64,000 bases of DNA, taken from positions 133,510 to 197,509 of the forward strand of contig JBDRBE010000004.1 in assembly GCA_043823085.1 (NCBI GenBank). Direction: 5' to 3'. Position numbers and translations under genes: made by a program. Positions 28,642 through 40,999 of this stretch are shown in pieces. Below the pieces are notes generated by a model. That model did no database searches. It saw nothing but the letters and a program-made list of their open reading frames with translations, and was not told where the DNA came from. Numbering within the stretch: the stretch's first letter is position 1; every line of letters starts with the position of its first letter. Origin of the DNA: Candidatus Levyibacteriota bacterium (GTDB taxonomy: Bacteria > Patescibacteriota > Microgenomatia > Levybacterales > UBA12049).

Positions 28642-29883
28642 ATGGAAAGAAAAATTTTCTTAAATACTTTTTATCAAATTTTTGGAAAAGTTGTTATATC
28701 CTTTTTGGGATTGGTTGGTACATCTTTTTTAACACGTTATCTTGGGCCAATCGGATTCTCCGAATACAGTTTTATTTTCGCCTTTGTTGGATTTGCTTAC
28801 ATTTTTATGGATTTTGGTCTTGGGACTTTACTTACCAGAACCCTTGCCTCTCAAAAAGAAGGGGAGCGATTATTCTCCGAATTTTTTTCGTTAAGAGTAT
28901 TACTCTCGGTTATTGTTTTATTTTTTTCAATGTTAATTGTAATCTTTCTGCCATATACTACAGAAATTAAAATTGGAATTTTTATTGCGTCTTTTTCTAC
29001 GATTTTTATTCTTTTCTCCGGCGTTTTTTGGGGGTTATTTCAGGCGGAAATCAAATTTTCGAAAATGGTAATTCCGCAGATTATAACTTCAGTCTGTTCA
29101 TTCCTTTTGATATCACTTGGCGTAATTTTTCGGGCAAATTTATTTTATTTTTTATTAATTAGCGTAGCGGCGTCACTGGTGGGTTTATTTATTTCATTTT
29201 TATTTAGTAAATATAAAAAGCTCTTTATTTTTAACTTTAAAGTTTTTTGGAGAATTATAATCAAGGCATTGCCTTTCGGAATTGGACTAATAACAAGCGT
29301 TGCATATTTTAAAGTAGACATCCTTATTCTTTCATTTTTTTATAATCCGTCTTTTTATCCGGATGTAGGATTATATTCATTATCTTATAAAGTATTCGAG
29401 GTAGCTGTAATTTTTGGAGGATTATTTTCACAAACACTTTTTCCTCTTTTTTCCAGAATTATAAATTCAAAAGTTTTTTTAATTCACTTCAAAAAATATC
29501 TTTTATATTCATTGTTAATCTCTTTTTCTGCGATTTTGGTTCTTTTGTTCTTTGCGAATTTCTTCATTTCGATTTTGGGGGGAAGTAAATTTTTACAATC
29601 TGCTCAGTCACTGCGAATTTTATCGCTTGCCGCAGGATCTAGCATTTTGGCAGGATTTTTTTCAAGTGTTGCTATAGCCGGCCACAAAGAAGTTTTAATT
29701 TTAAAATTTAGTATTATTGCTCTTATTTTAAATGTTTTTTTAAACTTTGTTTTTATTCCGCAATTTTCTTTTATTGCTGCCAGTTGGACAACTGTTGTGA
29801 CGCAGAGTTTTATCATGACAACAAATATATTCGCTTCCTATTTGGTAATTAAACAACATTTGAGGATGATAAAAGCCCCATGA
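28642..29883 (+). CDS. Wzx-type polysaccharide flippase
   Basis: Multi-TM, TRYLGP, DFGLGTLLTR, KVDILIL, VGLYS; inside a GT cluster. Confidence 0.9.
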   Translation: MERKIFLNTFYQIFGKVVISFLGLVGTSFLTRYLGPIGFSEYSFIFAFVGFAYIFMDFGLGTLLTRTLASQKEGERLFSEFFSLRVLLSVIVLFFSMLIVIFLPYTTEIKIGIFIASFSTIFILFSGVFWGLFQAEIKFSKMVIPQIITSVCSFLLISLGVIFRANLFYFLLISVAASLVGLFISFLFSKYKKLFIFNFKVFWRIIIKALPFGIGLITSVAYFKVDILILSFFYNPSFYPDVGLYSLSYKVFEVAVIFGGLFSQTLFPLFSRIINSKVFLIHFKKYLLYSLLISFSAILVLLFFANFFISILGGSKFLQSAQSLRILSLAAGSSILAGFFSSVAIAGHKEVLILKFSIIALILNVFLNFVFIPQFSFIAASWTTVVTQSFIMTTNIFASYLVIKQHLRMIKAP

Positions 29884-30731
29884 TTATGAAAAAAAATCCT
29901 TTAGTTTCCGTTGTCACCCCATTTTTTAATGAAGAAAAATATCTTGATTCTTGTCTCTTTTCAATTGCAAATCAGACATATAAAAATGTTCAAATTATCG
30001 CAGTTGACGATGGTTCAAATGATAATTCAAAGCGCAAGGTGCAAAGTGCAAAACAACAATTCAAATTTAAAAATTTAACAATCTTAGAGCAATGCCACCT
30101 TGGTCCGGGAGCGGCTAGAAATTTGGGGGCAACAATGGCAAAAGGTGAGATACTAGTTTTTGCAGATGCGGATATGCATTACGATAAGAATTACATTCAA
30201 AAATTGATAAAACCTATTGTCGAAGGTAAAACAATTGGGACTTTCACTAAGGAAGAATTTATCGCAAATCCAGATAATTTATGGTCTTACTGTTGGAATA
30301 TAAATAGTAATTTGCCAAGAGAAAGACGTTTGCCAACTGATTATCCGGATACGGAGAATGCATTTAGGGCAATTCTAAAAAAAGAATTTGTCAGAGTTGA
30401 AGGTTTTGACGAAAATGAGGGATATACGGACGATTCAAGTTTAGCACGAAAATTAAAAATAAAAGCACTTAGTGCAAAAGGAGCGATATGTTACCACTTT
30501 AACCCCTCAACATTATTTGAAGTTTTTTATTCTGCGCGTTGGATTGGCCGGAGTAAAATTTTTAGACCAAGTTTTGAAAATTTTCTTCGTTTCTCACCGT
30601 TAAATTCTTTAAGAATTAGTTTCAAATACATATTGCAAAAAGCGCCGTTATCAATTATTCCTTTTAAATTGGTTTATGATTTCGGAGTTTTTACTGGAAT
30701 TTTTATATCGAGCGAAAAATATTATAAATAG
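29880..30731 (+). CDS. Glycosyltransferase family 2
   Basis: VSVVTPFFNEE, VDDGSND, GAARNLG, FADAD. Confidence 0.92.
   Translation: MIMKKNPLVSVVTPFFNEEKYLDSCLFSIANQTYKNVQIIAVDDGSNDNSKRKVQSAKQQFKFKNLTILEQCHLGPGAARNLGATMAKGEILVFADADMHYDKNYIQKLIKPIVEGKTIGTFTKEEFIANPDNLWSYCWNINSNLPRERRLPTDYPDTENAFRAILKKEFVRVEGFDENEGYTDDSSLARKLKIKALSAKGAICYHFNPSTLFEVFYSARWIGRSKIFRPSFENFLRFSPLNSLRISFKYILQKAPLSIIPFKLVYDFGVFTGIFISSEKYYK
30028..30075 (+). repeat. In-frame degenerate CAAAGTG-type heptamer tract
   Basis: CAAAGCG CAAGGTG CAAAGTG CAAAAC..., encoding SKRKVQSAKQQFKFKN. Confidence 0.65.
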
Positions 30732-30732
30732 T

Positions 30733-31404
30733 ATGAATGTTAAATATGATTTTCCCAGATTTGATCCGACAAAGCTTAATAAAAATAATATTAATAGGCA
30801 AGTCGTAGATATTGTTCCATTTGGCTCATTGGTTCTAGAGCTTGGCTGTGCAACGGGATTTGTCGGCGAATTTTTAATAAAAAGCAAAAAATGTCATGTT
30901 TATGGAGTTGAGGAAAGAAAAGACGAGGCAAAAATTGCAGCTAAAAGATTAAACGGGATTTTAGCAATAAATATTGAAGAAAAGGAAGCAATTGATAAAA
31001 TTCAAAAATTGCATCATGGAAAATTTGACGTAATTTTGGCAATGTCTTTAGCAGAGCATCTTAAAGATTTAAAAAGTTTTTTTAGTTTGGTTAAAAAACT
31101 GATGGATAAAAATGGCTGCTTAATTATTACAGTTCCAAATATTGCGCATTGGAGCATAAGATTATCGTTATTGTTTGGAAAATTTAATTACGAAAAATAT
31201 GGAATTTTAGATGAAACTCATTTACATTTTTTTACTGTTAAATCTTTAAAAGATTTAATCGAAAATAATGGATTTGAAATAACAAGTTTAAAAATCGATG
31301 CCGAGGGCGGAGGATACCCTAAGATAAGTCTTTTTCTTTCTCGTTTCTTTCCAAATTTATTCGCTTATCAAATATTAGTGATTGCCAAAATTAAAAATAA
31401 ATGA
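30733..31404 (+). CDS. Class I SAM-dependent methyltransferase
   Basis: VLELGCATG, FDVILA, EHLKD, ITVPNIAH, GILDETHLHFFT. Confidence 0.92.
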   Translation: MNVKYDFPRFDPTKLNKNNINRQVVDIVPFGSLVLELGCATGFVGEFLIKSKKCHVYGVEERKDEAKIAAKRLNGILAINIEEKEAIDKIQKLHHGKFDVILAMSLAEHLKDLKSFFSLVKKLMDKNGCLIITVPNIAHWSIRLSLLFGKFNYEKYGILDETHLHFFTVKSLKDLIENNGFEITSLKIDAEGGGYPKISLFLSRFFPNLFAYQILVIAKIKNK

Positions 31405-32240
31405 AGCTTTCTATAATTATCGTTGGTTACAGAGCTAAAAAAAGACTGTTCGATTGCATTAAATCGATTGAAAACTCGAAACCCAAAAATCAATATGAAA
31501 TAATTGTTATTGATCATGATGAGACGAGCGCTATTAAAAACGAAACCGAAAAGAAGTTTCCGTTTGTTCAGTATTTCAAATCAAAAGAAAATAAAGGCTA
31601 TGGCGCTGGAAATAATTTAGGGGCAAAACGTGCTAAAGGTCAGTTCCTTTTCTTTTTAAATCCCGACACAATTGTCTTTCCAGACACAATAGATATTTTA
31701 CTAAATACGATTGAAAAAAATAAAAATATTGGTATTGTTGCGCCGTTTCTTTTAGATAAAAGTAATAATCAATACGATCTTCAGGGAGCAAGAGAACTGA
31801 CTCCGTTTAGAGCGTTTTTTGTTCTTTCATTTATTAACAAATATTTCCCCAAGAATCCGGTTTCCAGAGACTACTGGATTTTAGATTGGGACAAAATTAG
31901 TTTAAAAGAAGTTGATACAGTGCCTGGGACGGCTTTCATTATTAGGCGTGAAGTATTTGAAAAGATTAAGGGTTTTGATGAGAATTTTTTCCTTTACTTT
32001 GAGGAGTTTGATTTGTGTAGAAGAATCAGGAAATTGGGTTTCAAAATTTTTATGGACCCAAAAAGCAAAGTGAAGCATTTTTGGGGCGAAAGCACAAAGG
32101 AGCGAAATGACATAAAGCGAATTTTTGCTGAGTCCCGTTTTTACTATTTTAGAAAGAGTTATGGATTTTTTTGGGCGCTGCTGGTTCAATTTGTCACGAG
32201 TCTGAACAAGTACAAAATGTTTTTATCTTTTTTTAAATAA
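31401..32240 (+). CDS. Glycosyltransferase family 2 (WbbL-like)
   Basis: NKGYGAGNN, FLNPD, GFDENFFLYFEEFDLC. Confidence 0.92.
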   Translation: MKLSIIIVGYRAKKRLFDCIKSIENSKPKNQYEIIVIDHDETSAIKNETEKKFPFVQYFKSKENKGYGAGNNLGAKRAKGQFLFFLNPDTIVFPDTIDILLNTIEKNKNIGIVAPFLLDKSNNQYDLQGARELTPFRAFFVLSFINKYFPKNPVSRDYWILDWDKISLKEVDTVPGTAFIIRREVFEKIKGFDENFFLYFEEFDLCRRIRKLGFKIFMDPKSKVKHFWGESTKERNDIKRIFAESRFYYFRKSYGFFWALLVQFVTSLNKYKMFLSFFK

Positions 32241-32261
32241 TATTATATAATTAAAATTAAA

Positions 32262-33002
32262 ATGATATCAGCTGTTATTTTAACTAAAAACGAGGGAAAA
32301 AATATTATTGATTGCATTAAAAATTTGTCTTTTGCAAACGAGATAATAATCATCGACGATAATTCGAATGATAAAACAGCAGAGCTTGTCGAAAGTTTAA
32401 AGAGAAAAGAAATAAAGATTTTCAAAAGAGATCTCCAAAAAGATTTTGGCACGCAAAGAAATTTTGGACTTTCAAAAGCAACTGGTGAGTGGGTAATTTT
32501 TATAGATGCCGACGAAAGAGTGTCAGATGCTCTAGCTTGGGAAGTCTCAAATTTAAATTTGAATAATTTAAATGGGTTTTTTGTAAGACGTATTGACGTC
32601 ATGTGGGGAAAACGGTTGCAACATGGAGAGATAGGAAATATTAATCTTTTGCGCATGGCAAAAAAAGATGCAGGCGCGTGGGAAGGGAAGGTTCATGAGA
32701 AATGGAATGTAAAAGGAAGAATTGGAAGCTTTAAAAATCCGCTAATGCACTATCCCCATCAATCAGTATCGGAATTCTTAAAAGAAATTAATTTTTACAC
32801 GGATATTAGAGCAAAAGAGTTGCATGATAAAAAAGTTAAAGCGGGAATATTATCAATTATTCTTTATCCAATGATGAAATTTATTGTAAATTATTTCTTT
32901 AAATTAGGTTTTTTTGACGGTTTAGAGGGTTTGGTTTTTGCAATGATGATGTCTTTTCATTCTTTTTTGGTTAGAGGAAAACTATGGCAATTATCTTTTT
33001 AA
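32262..33002 (+). CDS. Glycosyltransferase family 2 (WaaE/KdtX-like)
   Basis: ILTKNE, IDDNSNDKT, FGTQRNFG, IDADERV, KVHE, GFFDG. Confidence 0.9.
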   Translation: MISAVILTKNEGKNIIDCIKNLSFANEIIIIDDNSNDKTAELVESLKRKEIKIFKRDLQKDFGTQRNFGLSKATGEWVIFIDADERVSDALAWEVSNLNLNNLNGFFVRRIDVMWGKRLQHGEIGNINLLRMAKKDAGAWEGKVHEKWNVKGRIGSFKNPLMHYPHQSVSEFLKEINFYTDIRAKELHDKKVKAGILSIILYPMMKFIVNYFFKLGFFDGLEGLVFAMMMSFHSFLVRGKLWQLSF

Positions 33003-34150
33003 TTCTTCTTTTTATTTTTCCTTTAGGAGAAATAACCCGACTCCAATTCTCAAATGGAATTGCATTTACATTAAATGATATCTTTATCGCATTAACAGTA
33101 ACAGTTTGGTTTATATGGAGATTAATCAAAAGAAAGGAGTTAAAAATACCTTTATTAAAGCCAATTATGATTTTTGCCGGGTTCGGTTTATTCTCACTAA
33201 TTATAAATATATTAAACCTAAATTCATTCCAGTTTTTGGTTTCATTCCTTTATCTTTTTAGGTGGTTAATCTACGCGGGAATTTATTTTGTTGTTTTTGA
33301 TTTTGACCCCAAGTTTAAAAGGAAAATTCCAGTTTTTATGATTATTGTTGGGATGATCGTAGTTTTAATTGGGTTTGTCCAATATTTTTTATATCCATCT
33401 TTGCGAAATCTTTATTATCTGGGATGGGATGAACATTTATACCGAATGTTCTCAAGCTTCCTTGATCCAAATTTTTTAGGAGTGTTTTTTGTATTATTAT
33501 TTTTGTTAGTTTTTGAATTTTTCTTTAGAACAAAAGAAAGACAAAAAAAAATATTAATGGCAGTTTTATCTATATTAATTCTTGTTTCTATTTATCTGAC
33601 TTTTTCCAGAAGCGCTTATGCAGCGTTGGTTATTGGATTAACAGTTTTTCTTGTTTTGGAAAATAAGAGGAAATGGAGTTTGGCAATGTTTGGAATTATA
33701 ATTTTGGTTTTAATATTGTCTTTGCGAAATTCTAATATCGAAAATCAAAATTTGTTTAGAACAGCATCAAGTATCGCAAGAATTGATTCTTCGTTAAACG
33801 CAATAAAAATAATTGAAAAAAATCCGATTTTTGGAGTCGGTTTTAATGCTTACAGATACGCGCAGATTAGATATGGATTTCGAGGTGATCAATCATTATT
33901 TTCAGACCACGCCGGTTCGGGAACAGATAATAGTTTTTTGTTTATCCTTGCAACTACAGGTATTTTGGGGCTTAGTGGATATTTATACTTAACATTTTCA
34001 ATTTTTAAAAATTCATTGAAACTAAAATCGACATTGCTAGTTTCCTCATTAACAAGTTTAATAATTGCCAGTTTTTTTATTAACGCCCTTTTTTATCCAT
34101 TTTTAATGCAGTGGGTGTGGATTCTAGTAGGACTTACTGAGAATAAGTGA
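32984..34150 (+). CDS. O-antigen ligase/polymerase-family membrane protein
   Basis: Multi-TM, RMFSSFLDPNFLG, TFSRSA, PIFGVGFN, LATTGILG. Confidence 0.85.
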   Translation: MAIIFLILLFIFPLGEITRLQFSNGIAFTLNDIFIALTVTVWFIWRLIKRKELKIPLLKPIMIFAGFGLFSLIINILNLNSFQFLVSFLYLFRWLIYAGIYFVVFDFDPKFKRKIPVFMIIVGMIVVLIGFVQYFLYPSLRNLYYLGWDEHLYRMFSSFLDPNFLGVFFVLLFLLVFEFFFRTKERQKKILMAVLSILILVSIYLTFSRSAYAALVIGLTVFLVLENKRKWSLAMFGIIILVLILSLRNSNIENQNLFRTASSIARIDSSLNAIKIIEKNPIFGVGFNAYRYAQIRYGFRGDQSLFSDHAGSGTDNSFLFILATTGILGLSGYLYLTFSIFKNSLKLKSTLLVSSLTSLIIASFFINALFYPFLMQWVWILVGLTENK

Positions 34151-34865
34151 CTTTACGTTTCATTTCTGTTTGGTTTCCTGCCGGGTCTGTTGAGTTAATT
34201 ACAATTTCATTATCGCCATTTTGAAGCTTTAAATTGTAAGAATATCTTCCGTTTCCATCGACAATAGCCCAGAATCCGTTAACAGTAACTTTATTTCCCG
34301 CCTCAGTACTGCCGCTTACAATTATAGGATTGTCATCTTTTGAAAAAGATTGTCCTTCGTTTGGTGTGTCAACAGATAAATTTGGCGCATCATTTTTTAA
34401 AGTAATTGTATAGGTTTGGGAAAAATCGCTTTCTTTCTTTTCTTGATTATCGTTTACGACAGCTTTAACTTTAATTGAGTTCTCTCCTTTTGAGAGTATA
34501 ATTTTATCAAACATAAATGAACCGTCGTCTTTGGTGCTTGTTTTGTCAACAATCTCCTCGTTTATATAAAGATCAATTGTTTCATCTTTCGATGCGTTTC
34601 CGGAAATATTTAGTTTGGCGCTGTTCGTAGCATCAAGAATTGGATTAAGAAGAGGAACAGCGATATATGAACTGGAATTTTGAGTTGATGGTTCGGTTTC
34701 TCCCTTTGAACCAGTAGCAAACATGCTTAAATTTACCAAAAGAGGAATGCCAAACTTTACTAATAAAAATATGATGATAATTATGCCAAGAATACTGAAC
34801 CAAAAAGTTTTTGCGCTCTGTTTTTCAAGTCTTCTTGCCAGTCGTGATCTATTCGTATTTTTCAT
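34134..34865 (-). CDS. Membrane-anchored protein with Ig-like domains
   Basis: One N-terminal TM, two beta-rich repeats (LSKGENSI, LQNGDNEI...DPAGN); start at ATG 34865. Confidence 0.75.
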   Translation of the reverse strand: MKNTNRSRLARRLEKQSAKTFWFSILGIIIIIFLLVKFGIPLLVNLSMFATGSKGETEPSTQNSSSYIAVPLLNPILDATNSAKLNISGNASKDETIDLYINEEIVDKTSTKDDGSFMFDKIILSKGENSIKVKAVVNDNQEKKESDFSQTYTITLKNDAPNLSVDTPNEGQSFSKDDNPIIVSGSTEAGNKVTVNGFWAIVDGNGRYSYNLKLQNGDNEIVINSTDPAGNQTEMKRKVTYSQ

Positions 34866-34885
34866 AAAAATTAATATTTCCCCTG

Positions 34886-34957
34886 AGCCGATGGCGGGAA
34901 TCGAACCCACGACCTAGTGTTTACGAAACACTTGCTCTACCACTGAGCCACATCGGC
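34886..34957 (-). tRNA. tRNA-Thr(CGT)
   Basis: GCCGATG/CATCGGC acceptor, AGTGT-TT CGT AA-ACACT anticodon arm, GTGGG TTCGATT CCCGC T-arm. Confidence 0.96.
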
Positions 34958-34990
34958 GCGGATAATATCATTGTATTAAATTTGAGGTTT

Positions 34991-35650
34991 TTATTCAAAT
35001 CCCATGCGTTTGCCCCAAGTCGGCGGGTCTTTTATAAATTCTAAAAGAATATTTTGATCTTCATTTGCAATATATTTATTTTTTTTTGCAACAGATACCA
35101 CATCGGCAAAGCTTGTGAGCGACGTCAGCCTTACTTTATTTTGTTTAAAATTATCCTCTGATTTTTTCATCTTATAAGTGATAATAGAAAATATATTTGA
35201 GGATTTTGCGCCAGCGTTTCTAATTGCTCTAACGGTTTGGACAGAACTTTCTCCGGTTGATATCAAATCTTCAATAACCGCCACTTTTTGATTTTTCTTA
35301 AGGATTCCTTCAATTTGGTTGCCTTTGCCATGGTCTTTGGCTTTTCCACGGACATAAACCATGGGTTTATTTAGTTTATGTGAAATCCATGCCGCGTGTG
35401 GAATGCCTGCCGTAGCTGTTCCGGCAATAACGTCATAATTATCAGTTGATTGAATTAAATTCAAAAGTAAACCGATGATAATTTTTCTTTCTTTTGGATG
35501 TCCCATCAAAAGCCTACAATCTGTGTAAACCGGACCAAGAATCCCCGAAGTGTACCGATAAGGTTTTTTTGGATTTAGAGTTATTCCGTTAATCTCAAGC
35601 AAAATTTTTGCGACTTTTTCAGCGATTTTTTTTCTATCTATTTTTTTCAT
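34991..35650 (-). CDS. pyrE: Orotate phosphoribosyltransferase
   Basis: TSGILGPVYTDCR, GTATAGIPHA, YVRGKAKDHG, VIEDLISTG. Confidence 0.96.
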   Translation of the reverse strand: MKKIDRKKIAEKVAKILLEINGITLNPKKPYRYTSGILGPVYTDCRLLMGHPKERKIIIGLLLNLIQSTDNYDVIAGTATAGIPHAAWISHKLNKPMVYVRGKAKDHGKGNQIEGILKKNQKVAVIEDLISTGESSVQTVRAIRNAGAKSSNIFSIITYKMKKSEDNFKQNKVRLTSLTSFADVVSVAKKNKYIANEDQNILLEFIKDPPTWGKRMGFE

Positions 35651-36462
35651 AGGCGGTATTCGTTTATTATCCCTCTCATTTTGCTTGCATTTATTCGCGC
35701 ATTTTTGGCAAAATCGTCATTACTCGATGTATAAAGTATAGATCTTGAGTTATTGCAAATAAGATTACTGCCACTTTTGTCAATGCCTGCTGTTATTGCT
35801 TTTTGGGTTTCAGCCCCTTGTGCGCCAATTCCTGCAGTCAAAATAGGATTATTTGGAAAAAGTTTTCTGACATTTGCTAATTCTTTAGGATAAGTAGCTC
35901 CCACAAATACTGCAATATTTTTATATGGCCATTTACTTATTGTTTTTGCCAATCTTAAATAAAAAGGTTCATTCTTTACCTTTAAATCTTGAAACATTTT
36001 TGCATCGGGATTGGAAGTTTTTAGCAACAAAATAGTTGTTTTGTCTTTGTATTCAAGAAAAGGAAGAATTGAATCCAAGCCCAAATATGGATAAACAGTT
36101 GTCGCGTCGGCATTCCAATATTCAAACATCGCTTTAGCATACATTTTGGCGGTATTTCCAATGTCAGCTCTTTTTGCATCTAATATAACAGGTATGTCTG
36201 TATACTTTGCACGAATATAATCGATAGTTTTTTTTAATTGCATTAACCCGTTGATTCCGTAAGCCTCGTAAAAAGCGATATTTGGTTTGTAAGTGCAGAC
36301 GAGATCAAAAGTCGCGTTAATAATTTCTTTATTAAATTCAAAAATTGGTTCTTTCTTTTTTAAAGTATGTTTTGGAAATTTTGCAAGTTCCGGATCGAGA
36401 CCAACGCAAAGGAGTGAATTGTTTTTTTTAATAATCGCAGATAATTTTTGCGCAAAATTCAT
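35647..36462 (-). CDS. pyrF: Orotidine-5'-phosphate decarboxylase
   Basis: LCVGLDP, YKPNIAFYE, DAKRADIGNT, KTSNP, VGATYP, GIGAQG. Confidence 0.96.
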   Translation of the reverse strand: MNFAQKLSAIIKKNNSLLCVGLDPELAKFPKHTLKKKEPIFEFNKEIINATFDLVCTYKPNIAFYEAYGINGLMQLKKTIDYIRAKYTDIPVILDAKRADIGNTAKMYAKAMFEYWNADATTVYPYLGLDSILPFLEYKDKTTILLLKTSNPDAKMFQDLKVKNEPFYLRLAKTISKWPYKNIAVFVGATYPKELANVRKLFPNNPILTAGIGAQGAETQKAITAGIDKSGSNLICNNSRSILYTSSNDDFAKNARINASKMRGIINEYRL

Positions 36463-37031
36463 TTATTTCTTTTTTTAAGTTCATTAATAACGTTTTCGAT
36501 TAATTTTTTGGGCGAGCTATTAAAAAATATTTTTGCTTTGCTTTTCTTTTTGATTTTTCTGTCTAACTTTTGCAGTTCATCTGCAATTCCTCCGGTGCCG
36601 GTTAAAACGCCAATAACTTTCCCCATGTCGTATAAATTAGTAAATTCGTTCATTGAACCCCATCGTCCTGCCACAATTATTCCTGCGTCGCAGTTGGCTG
36701 TTGAAATAACATTTCTATATTTTTTACATGCTCCAGAATCAAAAGAAAGTTCAAATTTTTTGGGAACAAAATAAATATTTTTATAAATTAAAAGATCATC
36801 GTTTGGGGTAAATTTTTTTTGTTCTGCAAAATTAAAAACTGGAGAATACCCATAAACATCAATGCCCTTTTTATGGGCGTTAGAAGCAACAAGATAAGGA
36901 ACCCCAGAACAAGCACCGGTGATAATTTCAATATTATATTTACTTAATGATTGAGCTAATGATTTTGCTTTTCTTTCGGTAGTCTTTCCTTCTTTTACTG
37001 CCGACCCAAAAACTCCAATTTTGTATTTCAT
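36459..37031 (-). CDS. LOG/SLOG-family nucleotide-binding protein
   Basis: IGVFGS, ITGACSGVP, RNV, AGRWGSMNE, GTGGIAD. Confidence 0.8.
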   Translation of the reverse strand: MKYKIGVFGSAVKEGKTTERKAKSLAQSLSKYNIEIITGACSGVPYLVASNAHKKGIDVYGYSPVFNFAEQKKFTPNDDLLIYKNIYFVPKKFELSFDSGACKKYRNVISTANCDAGIIVAGRWGSMNEFTNLYDMGKVIGVLTGTGGIADELQKLDRKIKKKSKAKIFFNSSPKKLIENVINELKKRNK

Positions 37032-37041
37032 AGTCCTGTTC

Positions 37042-37251
37042 TTATTTGATTAGAAAAGGGAATTCTGATTTATTGATAATTCTTCTTCGGACATAGCTTC
37101 TAGCATCTTTGGGCATTAATGTTTCAAAACAAGTTCCATGACGGGGTAAATGAGAGACGCGACCATCATATTCACTGAGCCCCCCAGGTTCGGGAACTAA
37201 GCCGATCATTCCGCATCGAGGACAGTATGTTTGACCTTCTTTTGGTTGCAT
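37042..37251 (-). CDS. Small hypothetical protein with CxxC...HxxC
   Basis: 69-aa ORF filling the gap in the operon, start overlapping the upstream stop; CPRC and HGTC. Confidence 0.55.
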   Translation of the reverse strand: MQPKEGQTYCPRCGMIGLVPEPGGLSEYDGRVSHLPRHGTCFETLMPKDARSYVRRRIINKSEFPFLIK

Positions 37252-38315
37252 TATTTTATCATCTTTTTCTTAATTTCAAACGCCAAATTTGGATTAAACA
37301 TTGCGCCTGTGGCAGATTGTACTAAATTAGCGCCAGCTTTTCTATAGTCAAAATAATCTTTTGGCGTCATCACTCCGCCGACTCCGATAATTTCAAATTT
37401 ATAATTGTTTTTAGTTTTGATATTGTTCAGTCTTTTTACCATTTCCAACCCCGCCCATTTAATTGACGCTCCGCATATTCCGCTTTTAATTCTGTTAGCG
37501 CCCGGAAGCGCTTGGTTTCCGTACTTATCAACAACCGGCATAGGGATAGTATTTATAGAAGCGATTGCATTGGCATATTCGTTGCAGATTTGGGCAAGTT
37601 TTTTTAAATCATTTTCGCTTTTGAAATATCCAACCTTCAAAATTAACGGAATATTGCCGATTGCTTTTCTAATTGTTTTGCATGCTTCTTTGGTTGTTTC
37701 TAAATCATAACAGACTAAATCGTCATTCCCTCTGTTTGGACATGATAAATTTACTTCCAAAACTTTTGCTCCTGTTTGGGCTGATAATTTTGCGGTTTTG
37801 TAAAAATCGTCTATGAATTGTTTATGGCTTTGATTCTCTCTGATGGTTGCCATAAAACCTAATATCAATAATTGACCTTTTTTTACATGTTTTAAGGCTT
37901 TTTTTACGTCTTTTTGCCAAATTTCAGGTTTAATTCCCGGTACTCCAAAGGAATTGGTGATACTCATGTTTGATAAATTCTTTGGAATATCTGTGGTTTT
38001 TAGCCTTTTTAATTTATCAGGATGCAATTCTTTTGGCGCTTTGACAAAAAGAATATTTGGATAGGGAAGACAGGGTAAAAAATCCGATCGGACAGTTTTG
38101 TAAGTTGAGACATCAAATCCTAAATCAAAAGCAACGTTTGTAAATTTACTGTTTAATAGGGGACCGGCAGGAATTCCAAAAGGAAAATTTATATCAAAAC
38201 CCAAAAATTTATAACCACCTTTACTTTCAAACTTTTTTCTAACTGGTTTTATTTTAGGGCCTTCTTTATAGTTCTTTTCATAGGTTAGTTTTATGTCGTA
38301 AAAAAAAGACTTCAT
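37251..38315 (-). CDS. pyrD: Dihydroorotate dehydrogenase-family flavoprotein
   Basis: PFGIPAGP, ITNSFG, EVNLSCPN, INT, GICG, IIGVGGV, VQSATG; upstream of pyrF/pyrE. Confidence 0.82.
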   Translation of the reverse strand: MKSFFYDIKLTYEKNYKEGPKIKPVRKKFESKGGYKFLGFDINFPFGIPAGPLLNSKFTNVAFDLGFDVSTYKTVRSDFLPCLPYPNILFVKAPKELHPDKLKRLKTTDIPKNLSNMSITNSFGVPGIKPEIWQKDVKKALKHVKKGQLLILGFMATIRENQSHKQFIDDFYKTAKLSAQTGAKVLEVNLSCPNRGNDDLVCYDLETTKEACKTIRKAIGNIPLILKVGYFKSENDLKKLAQICNEYANAIASINTIPMPVVDKYGNQALPGANRIKSGICGASIKWAGLEMVKRLNNIKTKNNYKFEIIGVGGVMTPKDYFDYRKAGANLVQSATGAMFNPNLAFEIKKKMIK

Positions 38316-38320
38316 AACTT

Positions 38321-40996
<2,676 letters not shown>

Positions 40997-40999
40997 AAA

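Noticed and set aside
33995-34028. Possible further heptamer insert (FSIFKNSLKLK) in the ligase/polymerase gene
   Set aside because: Only about two units in AT-rich membrane-protein sequence; too weak to call.
25468-34885. Integrative island bounded by tRNA-Val and tRNA-Thr
   Set aside because: No integrase and no duplicated tRNA 3' end (att site) found; content looks like a resident glycan locus.
34958-34990. Ghost copy upstream of tRNA-Thr
   Set aside because: Only a TACAAT-like -10 box is visible; no tRNA-like remnant, so the ghost pattern does not apply to all four tRNAs.
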